Source: Armatimonadota bacterium (lineage in GTDB: Bacteria; Armatimonadota; Fimbriimonadia; Fimbriimonadales; GBS-DC). Taken from it: a DNA stretch of 64,000 nucleotides. The stretch is from the NCBI GenBank assembly GCA_037442365.1, contig JBBIQK010000007.1, forward strand, positions 1,284 to 65,283, in the 5' to 3' direction. The first letter of the stretch is position 1. Each line of letters begins with the position of its first letter. Under the pieces are notes generated by a model. The model searched no databases and had not been told where the DNA came from. It saw only the letters and a program-made list of their open reading frames with translations. A program made the position numbers and the translations under genes. This document shows, piece after piece, positions 45,012 through 54,859 of this stretch.

Positions 45012-45126
45012 CTAAAGAATTTTACCTCTCCCTCACTACAGTTGCGTTGCTCCTGCGCGTAAGGGCAACCTTACGGAGGCAGAGTCTATGGACTATGTTC
45101 GCATGAGTGGTACAACAAGTCCTGCA

Positions 45127-46311
45127 TCACCAATGCGAGCTGTACCCGAACTCTATCGGCGTCCCATGCGGCGGTTGTACGCCCCAGAGCGCGCCTATCG
45201 TCGCGCCGATGTCCGCCAGCGTGCGCCGCACGCCAACCGCTCCCCCGCGCGTAATCCCCGGCGAATACATCAGCAGCGGCAGGTACTCGCGCGAATGATC
45301 CGTGCTGGGCGTGCTCGGGTCGTTGCCATGGTCGGCAGTCAGTATCAGCAGGTCCGTCGGGCGCAGCAGTTGTAGAAGCTCCGCCAGTATCGCATCGAAC
45401 GCCTCCAGCGCACGGGCAAAACCTGCAGGGTCGTTCCGATGTCCGTACAGCATATCGAAGTCCTCGAAGTTGGCGAAGATGAAGGCGCAGTCGCCTTCGA
45501 GGGCGCGGCGCAGGGCGTCGTAATGCTCCGGGTTGCTCTGCGTGCGCTCCGCGTGCCGAAAGCCCCGATAGACAAACAGCTCAGGCACAACGCCAATCCC
45601 GTAGACGCCGATTCCGCGCGCGTGCAGCGCGTCGATGAGGTTGTCGGGCGGCGGCAGCGGGAAGTCGCGCCGATTCTCCGTGCGCCGAAAAGTGTCAGGA
45701 CTCTCCCCCACAAACGGGCGGGCAATCACGCGCTGCACATGGTGCGGCGGCTGCAACAACGCACGGGCGATTTCGCACATCCGATAGAGTTCCTCCAGCG
45801 GGATGACCGCCTCGTGCGCGGCAATCTGAAATACGCTGTCCGCGCTGGTGTAGACAATCGGCTTGCCCGTGCGCAGGTGTTCCTGTCCCAGCTGTTTGAT
45901 AATCTCCGTGCCCGACGCGGGGTAGTTGCCCAGCGTCTCGCGCCCAATCTGCGCCTCGAACGCGCGTATCACCTCAGGCGGGAAACCGTTGGGGTAGGTG
46001 GGGAACGGCGTCTCGGTGTGGACGCCCATCATCTCCCAGTGCCCCGTGACGGAGTCTTTGCCCTTCGAGTGGGGCTGTACCGTGCCGTAGTGCGCCTGGG
46101 GCGCGTCGGCGGGCGGGACGCCGCGCAGGGGCAGAATGTTGCCCAATCCCAGCGATTGCAGGCACGGCAGGTTCAGTCCGCCGACCGCCTCCGCCAGATG
46201 CCCCAGCGTGTTGGGGGTATTCTCGCCCGTGTCGCCGTAGTCCGCCGCGTCGGGCGCCGCGCCCACCCCGCAACCGTCCAGCACAATCAGAATCGCACGC
46301 TCCAGCTTCAT
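45127..46311 (-). CDS. deoB: phosphopentomutase
   Basis: [40 protein letters not shown]. Confidence 0.9.
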   Translation of the reverse strand: MKLERAILIVLDGCGVGAAPDAADYGDTGENTPNTLGHLAEAVGGLNLPCLQSLGLGNILPLRGVPPADAPQAHYGTVQPHSKGKDSVTGHWEMMGVHTETPFPTYPNGFPPEVIRAFEAQIGRETLGNYPASGTEIIKQLGQEHLRTGKPIVYTSADSVFQIAAHEAVIPLEELYRMCEIARALLQPPHHVQRVIARPFVGESPDTFRRTENRRDFPLPPPDNLIDALHARGIGVYGIGVVPELFVYRGFRHAERTQSNPEHYDALRRALEGDCAFIFANFEDFDMLYGHRNDPAGFARALEAFDAILAELLQLLRPTDLLILTADHGNDPSTPSTDHSREYLPLLMYSPGITRGGAVGVRRTLADIGATIGALWGVQPPHGTPIEFGYSSHW

Positions 46312-47066
46312 TCCACGCTCCCCTGTACCACCGCCTGTTCGGGCAGGCTCACGATGTGAATCGTCGCCAGCCCCTTCGCCAGACGCAGGCATGTCTCCAC
46401 CGCCTCCGCCAGACGCGACTCGACGCCCGCGCGCACCACCAGACGGTCTACGACAATCTCGATGGTGTGCTGCTTGTAGCGGTCGAGCGGGGGAACCTCG
46501 CCGATTTCGTACACCTGCCCGTCGACGCGCACACGCACGAAGCCTAGTTTCTGCACCTCGCCGAACACATGGCGGTACTCGCCCTTGCGCCCGCGCACGA
46601 TGGGCGCCAGCACCTGAAGGCGTGTGCCTTCGGGCAGGCGCATCACCGTGTCCACGATGCCGTCCACTGTCTGGCGCGTGATGGGCTTGCCGCACTGGGG
46701 GCAGTGGGGGCGTCCCGCGCGGGCAAACAGCAACCGCAGGTAGTCGTAAATCTCCGTCACCGTGCCGACTGTGCTGCGCGGGTTGTGGCTGGTGGACTTC
46801 TGGTCGATGGAGATGGCGGGCGAGAGCCCCTCGATGGAATCGACATCGGGCTTGTCCATCACGCCCAGAAACTGACGGGCATAGGACGAGAGGCTCTCCA
46901 CATAGCGTCGCTGCCCCTCCGCGTAGATGGTGTCGAATGCCAGAGTCGACTTGCCCGACCCCGACACGCCCGTGATGACCACCAGTTTATCGCGCGGGAT
47001 GGTCAGGTGCAGATTCTTCAGGTTATGCTCGCGCGCGCCCGTGATGACAATCTTATCCTGCGCCAT
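46308..47066 (-). pseudogene. uvrA: UvrA N-terminal fragment (about the first 250 of roughly 940 residues)
   Basis: [75 protein letters not shown] aligns with E. coli UvrA residues 1 to about 255. The frame then stops in an ATGA overlap with deoB. Confidence 0.75.
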
Positions 47067-47077
47067 AGGCGGGGGCA

Positions 47078-47128
47078 ATTGTACCTGAGCGCGTGACTGC
47101 GCTCCCAACCGTAGCGTTTCGGTACAAT
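47078..47128. promoter_or_regulatory. divergent -10 boxes (GGTACAAT both ways) for the uvrA fragment and serS
   Basis: attgta at 47078-47083 (minus strand, 11 nt from ATG 47066). TACAAT at 47123-47128 (plus strand, 7 nt from ATG 47136). Confidence 0.5.
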
Positions 47129-47135
47129 TAGCGCC

Positions 47136-48413
47136 ATGCTGGACTACCGACTCCTGCGCAGTGAGCCCGACGCCGTGCGCGACGCGCTCCACAAACGCGG
47201 CTACCCGACCGACCTGCTCGACGAGTGGCTGGAGATTGACCGCCGCTGGCGCGAGACGACCACTCAGGTGGAGACGCTCACCGCCGAGCAGAACCGCATC
47301 TCGAAAGAGATTCCCCAGCGCAAGAAGGCGGGCGAGGACGCCGCGCCGTTGCTGGAGCAGCTGCGCACCCTCAAGGCGCAGATCGAACAGCTGGAACACG
47401 AACGGCGCGCGTTGGAGACCGAGCGCGAGGCGAAGCTGCTGCTGCTCCCCAACATTCCCCACCCGACGACCCCCGTTGGCAAGGACGCCAGCGAGAATGT
47501 CGAAGTGCGCCGCGGCGGGCAGCCCCACCCGATGGCGTTCGAACCCAAGCCCCACTGGGAGCTGGCGGAGTCGCTGGGACTGATCGATTTCGAGCGCGGC
47601 GCGAAAGTGGGCGGCAGCGGATTCCACTTCTACGCAGGGCTGGGCGCACGGCTGGAGCGCGCGCTGATTAACTTCATGCTGGATTTGCACACACGCGAAC
47701 ACGGCTACACGGAAATCTTCCCGCCGTTTCTGGTGCGCCCCGAAGTGATGGTCGGCACGGGGCAGCTGCCCAAGTTCGAAGAGGAGATGTACCGTTGCGC
47801 GGACGACCCGCTGTATCTGATTCCAACCGCCGAAGTGCCCGTGACGAACCTCTATCGCGAGGAGATACTCTCGGCGGAGCAGTTGCCGATTAATCTGGCG
47901 GCGTATTCGCCCTGTTTTCGGCGCGAGGCGGGCGCGGCGGGCAAGGCAACGCGCGGGCTGCTGCGCCTGCACCAGTTCAATAAGGTGGAGCTGGTCAAGT
48001 TCACTGCGCCCGAAACCTCCTACGAGGAACACGAGAAACTGCTGCGCGACGCGGAGACGGTACTCCAGCGGCTGGAGCTGCCTTATCGGATTGTCGCGCT
48101 CTGCACAGGCGATCTGGGCTTCGCCGCCGCCAAGTGCTACGACCTCGAGGTGTGGGCGCCGGGCGTGCAGATGTGGCTGGAGGTGTCCTCCTGCAGCAAC
48201 TTCGAGGCGTTCCAAGCGCGACGCGCGAACATCCGCTACCGTCCGGAGCCGACCGCCAAGCCAGAGTTTGTGCATACGCTGAACGCCTCGGGAGTGGCGA
48301 CCCCGCGCCTGATGGCGGCGATTCTGGAGAACTATCAGCAGGCGGACGGCAGCGTGGTCATCCCCGACGCGCTGCGCCCCTACATGGACGGCGTCAGTCG
48401 CCTCACCCCGTAA
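47136..48413 (+). CDS. serS: seryl-tRNA synthetase
   Basis: MLDYRLLR.. coiled-coil arm, then class II motifs ([28 protein letters not shown]). Confidence 0.93.
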   Translation: MLDYRLLRSEPDAVRDALHKRGYPTDLLDEWLEIDRRWRETTTQVETLTAEQNRISKEIPQRKKAGEDAAPLLEQLRTLKAQIEQLEHERRALETEREAKLLLLPNIPHPTTPVGKDASENVEVRRGGQPHPMAFEPKPHWELAESLGLIDFERGAKVGGSGFHFYAGLGARLERALINFMLDLHTREHGYTEIFPPFLVRPEVMVGTGQLPKFEEEMYRCADDPLYLIPTAEVPVTNLYREEILSAEQLPINLAAYSPCFRREAGAAGKATRGLLRLHQFNKVELVKFTAPETSYEEHEKLLRDAETVLQRLELPYRIVALCTGDLGFAAAKCYDLEVWAPGVQMWLEVSSCSNFEAFQARRANIRYRPEPTAKPEFVHTLNASGVATPRLMAAILENYQQADGSVVIPDALRPYMDGVSRLTP

Positions 48414-48417
48414 GTCG

Positions 48418-50022
48418 ATGCGCTGGATTCTGTGGCTGTGCGTGCTGGCGGCGCTGACCGACCTCACGGCGTTCGGCTTGACCGACCTCGATGAGGGTTT
48501 CTACGCCTCCGTCGCGTGGGAGATGCGTCAGTCGGGCGACTGGCGCACGCCGACCTTTCTGGGCGAGCCGTGGTTCGAGAAGCCGCCCCTACTCTACTGG
48601 CTGATGATAGGCAGCATGCGACTGTTCGGCGAGAACGAGTTCGCGCTGCGTTTCCCGTCCGCCCTGCTTTACGCGCTTACCCTGCTCTTGCTCGCGTGGT
48701 GGGGCAACCGTCGGCTGGGGGCGGACGCGGGCAGCTGGGCGGCGTTGCTGTTCGCGCTTGCGCCGCTGAGCCTGATTCTTGCGCGGCTGGCGATTACCGA
48801 TATGGCGCTCGCCTTTTTCCTGACGGTGGCGGTGATTGCGCTATGGGAGGCGCGCGGGCTGGGCTGGAGTCTGGTGGGCGGCGTTGCGCTGGGGCTGGCG
48901 TTCCTCACCAAAGGACCTTTCGGGCTGGGACTGGTGGGACTGCTCTACTTGTGGAACGCGCGGACGCTCCATGCGCAGGGCGTGCGTTTCCGCTGGGTTG
49001 TGGCGGCGCTGGGCGTCGCGTTATTGACCGCACTGCCCTGGTATGTGGGCGTCTACCTGCAGCACGGCGCGGACTTTTTCAACGAGTTTGTTGTCAAGCA
49101 GAACCTGTTGCGCTTTGCAGGGGGCGATACGGCGCACTCGGTGCTGCCGCTGATTCAGCGCGGGGATGTCGGGGGCGTGCTTGGGGGCGTCGCGGTGTAC
49201 CTGCTGTTTTATGTGGTGGTGTTGTGGCTGGGCGGGCTGACGATGGTCGGCTGGGCAGGCGTGCTGTGGGCGCGCACAGACGACCCGCTGCGCATGTATC
49301 TGCGGCGCTGGGCGTGGCTGGTGTTCGGGCTGTTCACGCTGAGCTTCACGAAGTTGCCCGCCTACATCTTCCCGATGTTCCCCGCGCTGGCGTTGCTGGT
49401 GGGCGCGCGCGTGGCGGAGGCGCGGCGTATGTCGCCCTCGATGGAGGGTTCGGAGCGTCGCTGGCTGGGGATGCGTCGCGCGGGCGCGCTAGCGATTGTG
49501 CTGGGCGCGGCGGTATGGGCAGCCGTCGCGCTCTTCCGCCCGTTGTGGGCGCACGCGCCGTGGGCGATGGCGCTCGCGCTCGGCATGCCGCTGACGATGC
49601 TTGCGCTGTATCGTCCCGCCGCGCCGCCGTGGCTGCGGGCGCTGGGCGCACTCGCGCTTCTCATCGGCTGGCACGGCGCGCTGACAGGCTATGACCGTCT
49701 CGCGCTGCGTCCTGTGCGCGAGCTGGCGCTCAAACCGCCGCCCTACCGCACGCTGGTCGTCTATCGCGTGAACCCGGGCTACCCCAGCCTGCAGTTCTAC
49801 CGACGGGGTGCGTACAAGCCTATCGCTGACCCCGACGCCGCGCGTGCGCAGATGCTCCAGACGGGCGCGTATTGCCTCACCACCGACCCAAACTTTGGGA
49901 GCGAGTCGGCAATTCAGTTAGGGCGCGCCGAAGCGCTGGGCAGGGCGCTTTATCTGTTTGCGCCGCAGTATATGCAGAAGCCCCCTCGCCAGTGGCAAGG
50001 GGGCTCGATGTCGCAGCCTTGA
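48418..50022 (+). CDS. GT39/GT83-type membrane glycosyltransferase (ArnT/PMT-like)
   Basis: [26 protein letters not shown] followed by about 11 predicted TM helices. Confidence 0.75.
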   Translation: MRWILWLCVLAALTDLTAFGLTDLDEGFYASVAWEMRQSGDWRTPTFLGEPWFEKPPLLYWLMIGSMRLFGENEFALRFPSALLYALTLLLLAWWGNRRLGADAGSWAALLFALAPLSLILARLAITDMALAFFLTVAVIALWEARGLGWSLVGGVALGLAFLTKGPFGLGLVGLLYLWNARTLHAQGVRFRWVVAALGVALLTALPWYVGVYLQHGADFFNEFVVKQNLLRFAGGDTAHSVLPLIQRGDVGGVLGGVAVYLLFYVVVLWLGGLTMVGWAGVLWARTDDPLRMYLRRWAWLVFGLFTLSFTKLPAYIFPMFPALALLVGARVAEARRMSPSMEGSERRWLGMRRAGALAIVLGAAVWAAVALFRPLWAHAPWAMALALGMPLTMLALYRPAAPPWLRALGALALLIGWHGALTGYDRLALRPVRELALKPPPYRTLVVYRVNPGYPSLQFYRRGAYKPIADPDAARAQMLQTGAYCLTTDPNFGSESAIQLGRAEALGRALYLFAPQYMQKPPRQWQGGSMSQP

Positions 50023-50035
50023 AGCGTCCGTGCAA

Positions 50036-50986
50036 TCACCTTGTGATGCGCCGTGCGCCGACATAGCGCTGATGGTAATAGCCTGAGTTGAGCGTGTCGA
50101 CGCGCACGCGCCCCCGCGCACTGGAAGCATGTACAAACTTCCCGTTGCCGATGTAGATTCCCACATGCGAGATTCGGCGACCGCGCGTGCGGAAAAAGAC
50201 CAGATCGCCGGGCTTGAGTTCACTGCGAGAGACGGGTTTGCCCACGCGATACTGCGCGGCGGAGTTGTGTGGGAGATGGATGCCGTGCTGCCGATAGATG
50301 TAAGCGGTGAAGCCCGAGCAATCGAACCCGCGCGAGCTGCTGCCGCCGTAGCGGTAGCGCGCGCCCAGATAGCCCATCGCGCGACGCACAGGAGCGGGCG
50401 CGCCGCTCGCCGATGCCGTCGCGGTTCGAGACGTGGCTCTCGAGCGCGTTTCAGCAGCCTTCGCCGTTCGTGTGGCAGGCTTCTTCGCAGAGGAACGAGT
50501 GGCTACTTGTTTTGCTTGTTGCGGGGGCTTGGTCGGGCTGAGGTACTTCGAAAGCACCCAGCCTACTGCGCCGCTCTGGAGCCGAACCCGACTCCAGTCG
50601 CCCTGACGCCCCAGCACCTGCACTTTCGTCCAGCGATCGACAATCGTGAGGCGTCGAGCGTCGGTAGACGGCGCGGAACGGATGTTGACTCTATCCGTGT
50701 TGAGTTCTGCCCAACCCGAAGCGGGGGCAGTGGGTTGAGCCGTGCTACGCTGCGCCTTCGTCGCGCCGTTGATGGGGATTTTAATCTGATCGCCCACCTG
50801 CAGCGCGTGCGGGTTGCGCAGATTGTTCACCGCCAGCAGGTCTGGCAGGCGCAGCCCATGCTTATGGGCGATGGTGTAGAGGCTGTCGCCCGGCTTGACG
50901 GTGTAAGTGATTGTTCGCTGCGCCGAGGCTGCGACGATCAGGCTCACGAGCGGGGCTATCAACCCCAAGCGTACTATGTTGACCAT
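50036..50986 (-). CDS. LysM - SH3b - NlpC/P60 peptidoglycan hydrolase
   Basis: LysM YTVKPGDSLYTIAHKHG. SH3b VNIRSAPS..GWV. NlpC/P60 FDCSGFTAYIY..ISHVGIYIGNGKFVHAS. AAGGAGGG RBS. Confidence 0.88.
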   Translation of the reverse strand: MVNIVRLGLIAPLVSLIVAASAQRTITYTVKPGDSLYTIAHKHGLRLPDLLAVNNLRNPHALQVGDQIKIPINGATKAQRSTAQPTAPASGWAELNTDRVNIRSAPSTDARRLTIVDRWTKVQVLGRQGDWSRVRLQSGAVGWVLSKYLSPTKPPQQAKQVATRSSAKKPATRTAKAAETRSRATSRTATASASGAPAPVRRAMGYLGARYRYGGSSSRGFDCSGFTAYIYRQHGIHLPHNSAAQYRVGKPVSRSELKPGDLVFFRTRGRRISHVGIYIGNGKFVHASSARGRVRVDTLNSGYYHQRYVGARRITR

Positions 50987-51100
50987 AGTTCCCTCCTTGG
51001 TGATAGTCTCGTGCCCTGCGACCTCGGTCGCAAAGCGGGGGCAGTATACCCGATTGTTTAGGGGGGAGTCAACCCTTTGAGCCGTTGTCGCCCGCGCAGG

Positions 51101-51106
51101 TATACT
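51101..51106 (+). promoter_or_regulatory. -10 box (GGTATACT), 6 nt upstream of ATG 51113
   Basis: Sequence caGGTATACTctctgtATG. TTGAGC lies 18 nt upstream. Confidence 0.45.
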
Positions 51107-51112
51107 CTCTGT

Positions 51113-51826
51113 ATGCCGCAGGGCGCGTCAGGGAGGGCGAAGCGAGGAGTCGGCTTGGGCGTCTGTGCCCTACTGATAGGCTTGAGCGCATGCGCACGCT
51201 TCCCCGACACGCCCACCACCGGCGGCGTGCGCCGAATCGCGGTGGAAGTGCAGGTCGCAGGAAGCATTCGTCCCGAGTATCACTATTTTGTGCTGTATAA
51301 TCTGAGCAACGACCCGACGGGTCAGGCGGGACCCGTGCCTGTGGTTGCGCCGCCGTGGGGCAACGGCTTCGCCGCAGGCGCGTTCACACACTTTATGCGC
51401 TTCGACAACCTCCAGCCTGCGGGCGGCTACGCGCTCTATCGCGTCGTGCCCAACACGAACCTGTCGGTGTTCCAGTATCTGGGCGCGCCGCGCGTCAGCG
51501 AACCCGTCGGCGCAGATACAAACCGCCTGCGCTTCGAAATCGACCTCACGCAGTTCATTCCCAATCCTATCGACGCCGCGCAGTTGCAGTTCATCCAGCT
51601 GAACATCGTCGCGACGGACCGCATCCCGTTAGACCCGAACGACCCGACGCCGAAGGTGGTGGACGCGCTGGGCGATCCAAACCTGGGCGTGAGCCAGTAC
51701 CTGAACCTGCGGATTGACCAGAACCGTATCGTGCGCAACACGGACACGAATCTGGAGCCACGCGGGGATGCGCCTGACCCCGATCTGGACATCGTGGACT
51801 GGCGGGTGGAGGTGCGTGCGCTATGA
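51113..51826 (+). CDS. hypothetical lipoprotein
   Basis: Lipobox LLIGLSAC. No recognisable family. ATGA overlap with the next gene. Confidence 0.55.
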   Translation: MPQGASGRAKRGVGLGVCALLIGLSACARFPDTPTTGGVRRIAVEVQVAGSIRPEYHYFVLYNLSNDPTGQAGPVPVVAPPWGNGFAAGAFTHFMRFDNLQPAGGYALYRVVPNTNLSVFQYLGAPRVSEPVGADTNRLRFEIDLTQFIPNPIDAAQLQFIQLNIVATDRIPLDPNDPTPKVVDALGDPNLGVSQYLNLRIDQNRIVRNTDTNLEPRGDAPDPDLDIVDWRVEVRAL

Positions 51827-54183
51827 GCCAGCCGCAGGGGCTGACGCGGCTGGAGATTGCGCGCGGGCTGCGCTGGGCGAACTGGGACGCGGTGTTTTTC
51901 ACGCTGTTTGTCGCGCTCACTTCGGGCGCGTTCCAGATTGGGCTGGCGCGCGCGTTTGGCGCGAATGACCTCTGGATAGGAATCATTACTTCCGTGCCAT
52001 CGCTGGCGGGCGCGCTGCAGATTCTCACGGCGTACCTCGCCGACACCGCGCCCAGCCAGAAGCGGCTGGTCATCCGCTACGCCTTCTACTCGCGCCTGCC
52101 GTTCGTGGCGATTGCGTTGTTGCCGTTTCTGAGCGATTCCGCGCCGCGCCTGCAACTGTTTGCGGGGTTGCTGATTCTCTCGGCGGTGCTGGGGTCGTTC
52201 GCGGGACCGGCGTTTCTGGCGTGGCTGAGCGCGCTGGTGCCGCCCGACTATCGGGGGCGGTACTTCGGCAGGCGTAATATGATTCTGGGGTTGGTATCGG
52301 CGGCGTCCGCGCTGCCCCCTGCCATTTTCCTCGACCAGGCGGTCAAGTACCAGCGGTTCTCGGAGGCGATTGCGTTTGCGACTCTGTATGGGCTGGGCGC
52401 GGTGTTTCTGTTTCTGTCGCTGTGGGCGCTGCGCAAGATGCCAGAGCCGCCCCGCACGCCCGCCGAAAGGCGCGGACTGCGCGGCGTGTGGGCGTTCTAT
52501 CGTGAGCCGTTCCGCACGCGCAACTTCCGCTCGCTGCTGGGGTTCAACACCTTTCTCGTGTTCGGGCAGATGTTCGCGGGGCAATTCTTCACGGTCTACA
52601 TGCTGGAGCAGATTCGGATGCCCTACCTGATGGTGCAGGTGTCGGGGCTGATCGCCGCGCTGTTCAGCAGCCTTGCGATGCCCGTGTGGGGCTACCTGGC
52701 GGACAAGTTCGGCAACAAGCCGCTGCTGATCCTGTCGCTGTCGGGGGTCACTTTCCTGCCCTATCTGTGGTTTTTGACCGACCCTGACCGCTACCTGTGG
52801 AGTATCGGGGTGATTTACTGCATTCAGGTGCTGGCGGGTTCGCTGTGGGCGGGGGTGGGACTGACGCAGTTCAATCTGAATGTGGCGGTCGCGCCTCCGG
52901 AGCAGCGGGCGGTCTACATGGGCGCGCTGAGCGCGGTGGTGTCGCTGATGGGCGGTCTGGCGGCGTTTGGCAGCGGCGCGCTGATGGAGGCGATGAAGCC
53001 GTTCGTGCCCGACCCGACGCGCTTTTTCGTGCTGTTCGCGATAGCCTCGCTGTTCCGACTGCTGGCGTTCCCGTGGCTGCGGGGCATCCGCGAGCCGGAG
53101 GAGCGTTCGACGCGCTATGTGCTGTCGCAGTTGCGGGCGTCGGTGCGTCCGCGCGGGTGGCGAGCAATGCGTCAGCTGCGCGGGCAGGCGGATGTCGCCA
53201 CGCGCCTGAACGCCATCCGCACGCTCGCCGAAGAGAAGACGCCACTGGCGGTGGAGGAGTTGACCGCGGCGCTGCACGACCCCATACCCGAAGTGCGTCG
53301 GGAGGCGGCGCGTGCGCTGGGCGCGATTGGCGACCCGCGCGCCGTGCCCGCGCTGATTCGCGCCCTGCAAGACCCCGCGAGCGACCTCGTGCTGGAGGCG
53401 TCGGACGCGCTCGGCGCGATTGGCAGCCCCGACGCGACCGACGCCCTGCTGCCTCAGTTGCAGGCGGAGCGCATCGAAGCGCGTGTCGCCGTGGCGCATG
53501 CCCTGCGTCGTATCGCCGACCCGCGCGCTCTGCCCGCTCTTATGCAACGGCTGGAACACGCGCCCGGACCGCTGGAGCAGTCCACCCTGCTGGAAGCCAT
53601 CGCCGCCGCGCTGGAACGCGCCGAACCCGACACACTGCACGACGCGCTGGACCCCCACACGCTCACGCGCTGGCTGGAATCGGAGCATCCCAGCGTGCGC
53701 GCGGCGGCGGCGCTGGCGCTGGCGAGCGTCCCGCATGACCCGTCGCTGGCGCCCACGCTGCGCCTGCGCCTGCCGCAGGAGACGGAGCCTGCGGTGCTGG
53801 CGGCGTTTGCGCGCGCGCTGGCGCGGCACGGCGAGGCGCGCGACATCGAGCCGCTGCTGCAACAAATGGCGCACGCCGAATCGCCCCTCGCACGGCAGCA
53901 AATCGCGCTCAGCGTCGCGCAACTGCTGGAACGCTACGACTCGCTTTACACCCTGCTGACCGCCGACGAGCCGCGCCGCGATCGGCTGATTGAGAAAGCG
54001 CTCGCGTTGCGCTTGCGCGAAAAGCCCGAACTCTCGGACGCGCTTCGAGCCTATGCGTATGGCGACTACGGCTCCGCGCTGCAGATTCTGCGCAACGCGA
54101 TGCCGCGCCACCCGCGCCTGCAGGTACTGGCGCACGCCCCCGATTGCCTCGAATCGTGGCTGCTGGCAGTGAGCGTGATTTGA
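51823..54183 (+). CDS. MFS transporter fused to C-terminal PBS-lyase/HEAT-like repeats
   Basis: About 12 TM helices over roughly 400 aa, then repeats of the type VRREAARALGAIGDPRAVPALIRAL. Confidence 0.7.
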   Translation: MSQPQGLTRLEIARGLRWANWDAVFFTLFVALTSGAFQIGLARAFGANDLWIGIITSVPSLAGALQILTAYLADTAPSQKRLVIRYAFYSRLPFVAIALLPFLSDSAPRLQLFAGLLILSAVLGSFAGPAFLAWLSALVPPDYRGRYFGRRNMILGLVSAASALPPAIFLDQAVKYQRFSEAIAFATLYGLGAVFLFLSLWALRKMPEPPRTPAERRGLRGVWAFYREPFRTRNFRSLLGFNTFLVFGQMFAGQFFTVYMLEQIRMPYLMVQVSGLIAALFSSLAMPVWGYLADKFGNKPLLILSLSGVTFLPYLWFLTDPDRYLWSIGVIYCIQVLAGSLWAGVGLTQFNLNVAVAPPEQRAVYMGALSAVVSLMGGLAAFGSGALMEAMKPFVPDPTRFFVLFAIASLFRLLAFPWLRGIREPEERSTRYVLSQLRASVRPRGWRAMRQLRGQADVATRLNAIRTLAEEKTPLAVEELTAALHDPIPEVRREAARALGAIGDPRAVPALIRALQDPASDLVLEASDALGAIGSPDATDALLPQLQAERIEARVAVAHALRRIADPRALPALMQRLEHAPGPLEQSTLLEAIAAALERAEPDTLHDALDPHTLTRWLESEHPSVRAAAALALASVPHDPSLAPTLRLRLPQETEPAVLAAFARALARHGEARDIEPLLQQMAHAESPLARQQIALSVAQLLERYDSLYTLLTADEPRRDRLIEKALALRLREKPELSDALRAYAYGDYGSALQILRNAMPRHPRLQVLAHAPDCLESWLLAVSVI

Positions 54184-54282
54184 GCAGGAGGACAATCAGA
54201 AACGGCGCATTCCTGCCTGCGGAAGCAAAGCGACCACGCGCTGCCAAACAGGTACACTCATTGCACTTTAAGGAGAAGCACG

Positions 54283-54813
54283 ATGAACATCGTCTACTTC
54301 GATCTGGAGACGAAGTACCTGGCGGAGGAGGTGGGCGGCTGGGATTACATCGACCGCATGGAGCTGGCGGTGGCGGTCACCTACAGCACCGCGCGCGGGA
54401 GCTTCGCCCACTACACCGAAACAACGGTCGACGCGCTGATTGACGAACTGCGCCATGCCAGTCTGGTGGTTGGGTTCAACCTGTTCCGCTTCGACTACAC
54501 GGTGCTGCGCCCGTACACCGCGCTTGACCTGCGCCAGCTGCCGACGCTGGACATCCTGCGGGAGATTGAACAAAAACGCGGGCATCGAGTGAGCCTCGAC
54601 TCGTGCGCACAGGCGACGCTGGGCGCGTGCAAAAGCGGCGACGGCAAGCAATCCGTGCAGTGGTTCCGTCAGGGACATATCGGCAGGGTGATTGAGTATT
54701 GCCAGAAAGATGTCGATATTGTGCGGCAACTGCACGAGTTTGGGCGACAGAATCGGCAGATCTACATCAACGACAAATATCGGGGACGAGTCGTTGTGCC
54801 TGTGAGCTGGTAA
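54283..54813 (+). CDS. DEDDy-type 3'-5' exonuclease-like (RNase H fold) protein
   Basis: FDLET (Exo I), GFNLFRFDYTVL (Exo II), YCQKDVD (Exo III). GGTACACT box at 54251-54258 and AAGGAG RBS. Confidence 0.5.
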   Translation: MNIVYFDLETKYLAEEVGGWDYIDRMELAVAVTYSTARGSFAHYTETTVDALIDELRHASLVVGFNLFRFDYTVLRPYTALDLRQLPTLDILREIEQKRGHRVSLDSCAQATLGACKSGDGKQSVQWFRQGHIGRVIEYCQKDVDIVRQLHEFGRQNRQIYINDKYRGRVVVPVSW

Positions 54814-54845
54814 TCGCGTTAACGCCGTTTTAACAAGCGTGCGAG

Positions 54846-54851
54846 TATAGT
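54846..54851 (+). promoter_or_regulatory. -10 box (TATAGT), 8 nt upstream of ATG 54860
   Basis: Sequence gaGTATAGTtcacagccATG. Confidence 0.4.
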
Positions 54852-54859
54852 TCACAGCC

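Noticed and set aside
47075-47123. Inverted repeat CAATTGTACC .. GGTACAATT between the uvrA fragment and serS, considered as a possible operator.
   Set aside because: It is explained by two divergent copies of the standard GGTACAAT -10 box. The same applies to the 16-nt palindrome at 41122-41137.
46308-48467. A 719-aa ORF read as a full-length UvrA-like protein.
   Set aside because: The first ~467 codons are antisense to serS and look like shadow-frame sequence. The UvrA similarity starts at MAQDK (47066).
51436-54195. Very long ORFs antisense to, or out of frame with, recognised genes. Examples: 51436-54195(-), 27919-30144(+), 5875-7212(+), 14682-16043(-), 24030-25403(-), 10902-12206(+), 12525-13751(+), 13018-14502(-), 32791-34131(-), 38223-39620(+), 56418-57491(-), 60415-61452(+).
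   Set aside because: Their translations are Arg/Ala/Gly/Pro/His-rich low-complexity strings with no family motifs. Each lies opposite a gene with clear motifs. In DNA this GC-rich, stop-poor shadow frames are expected.
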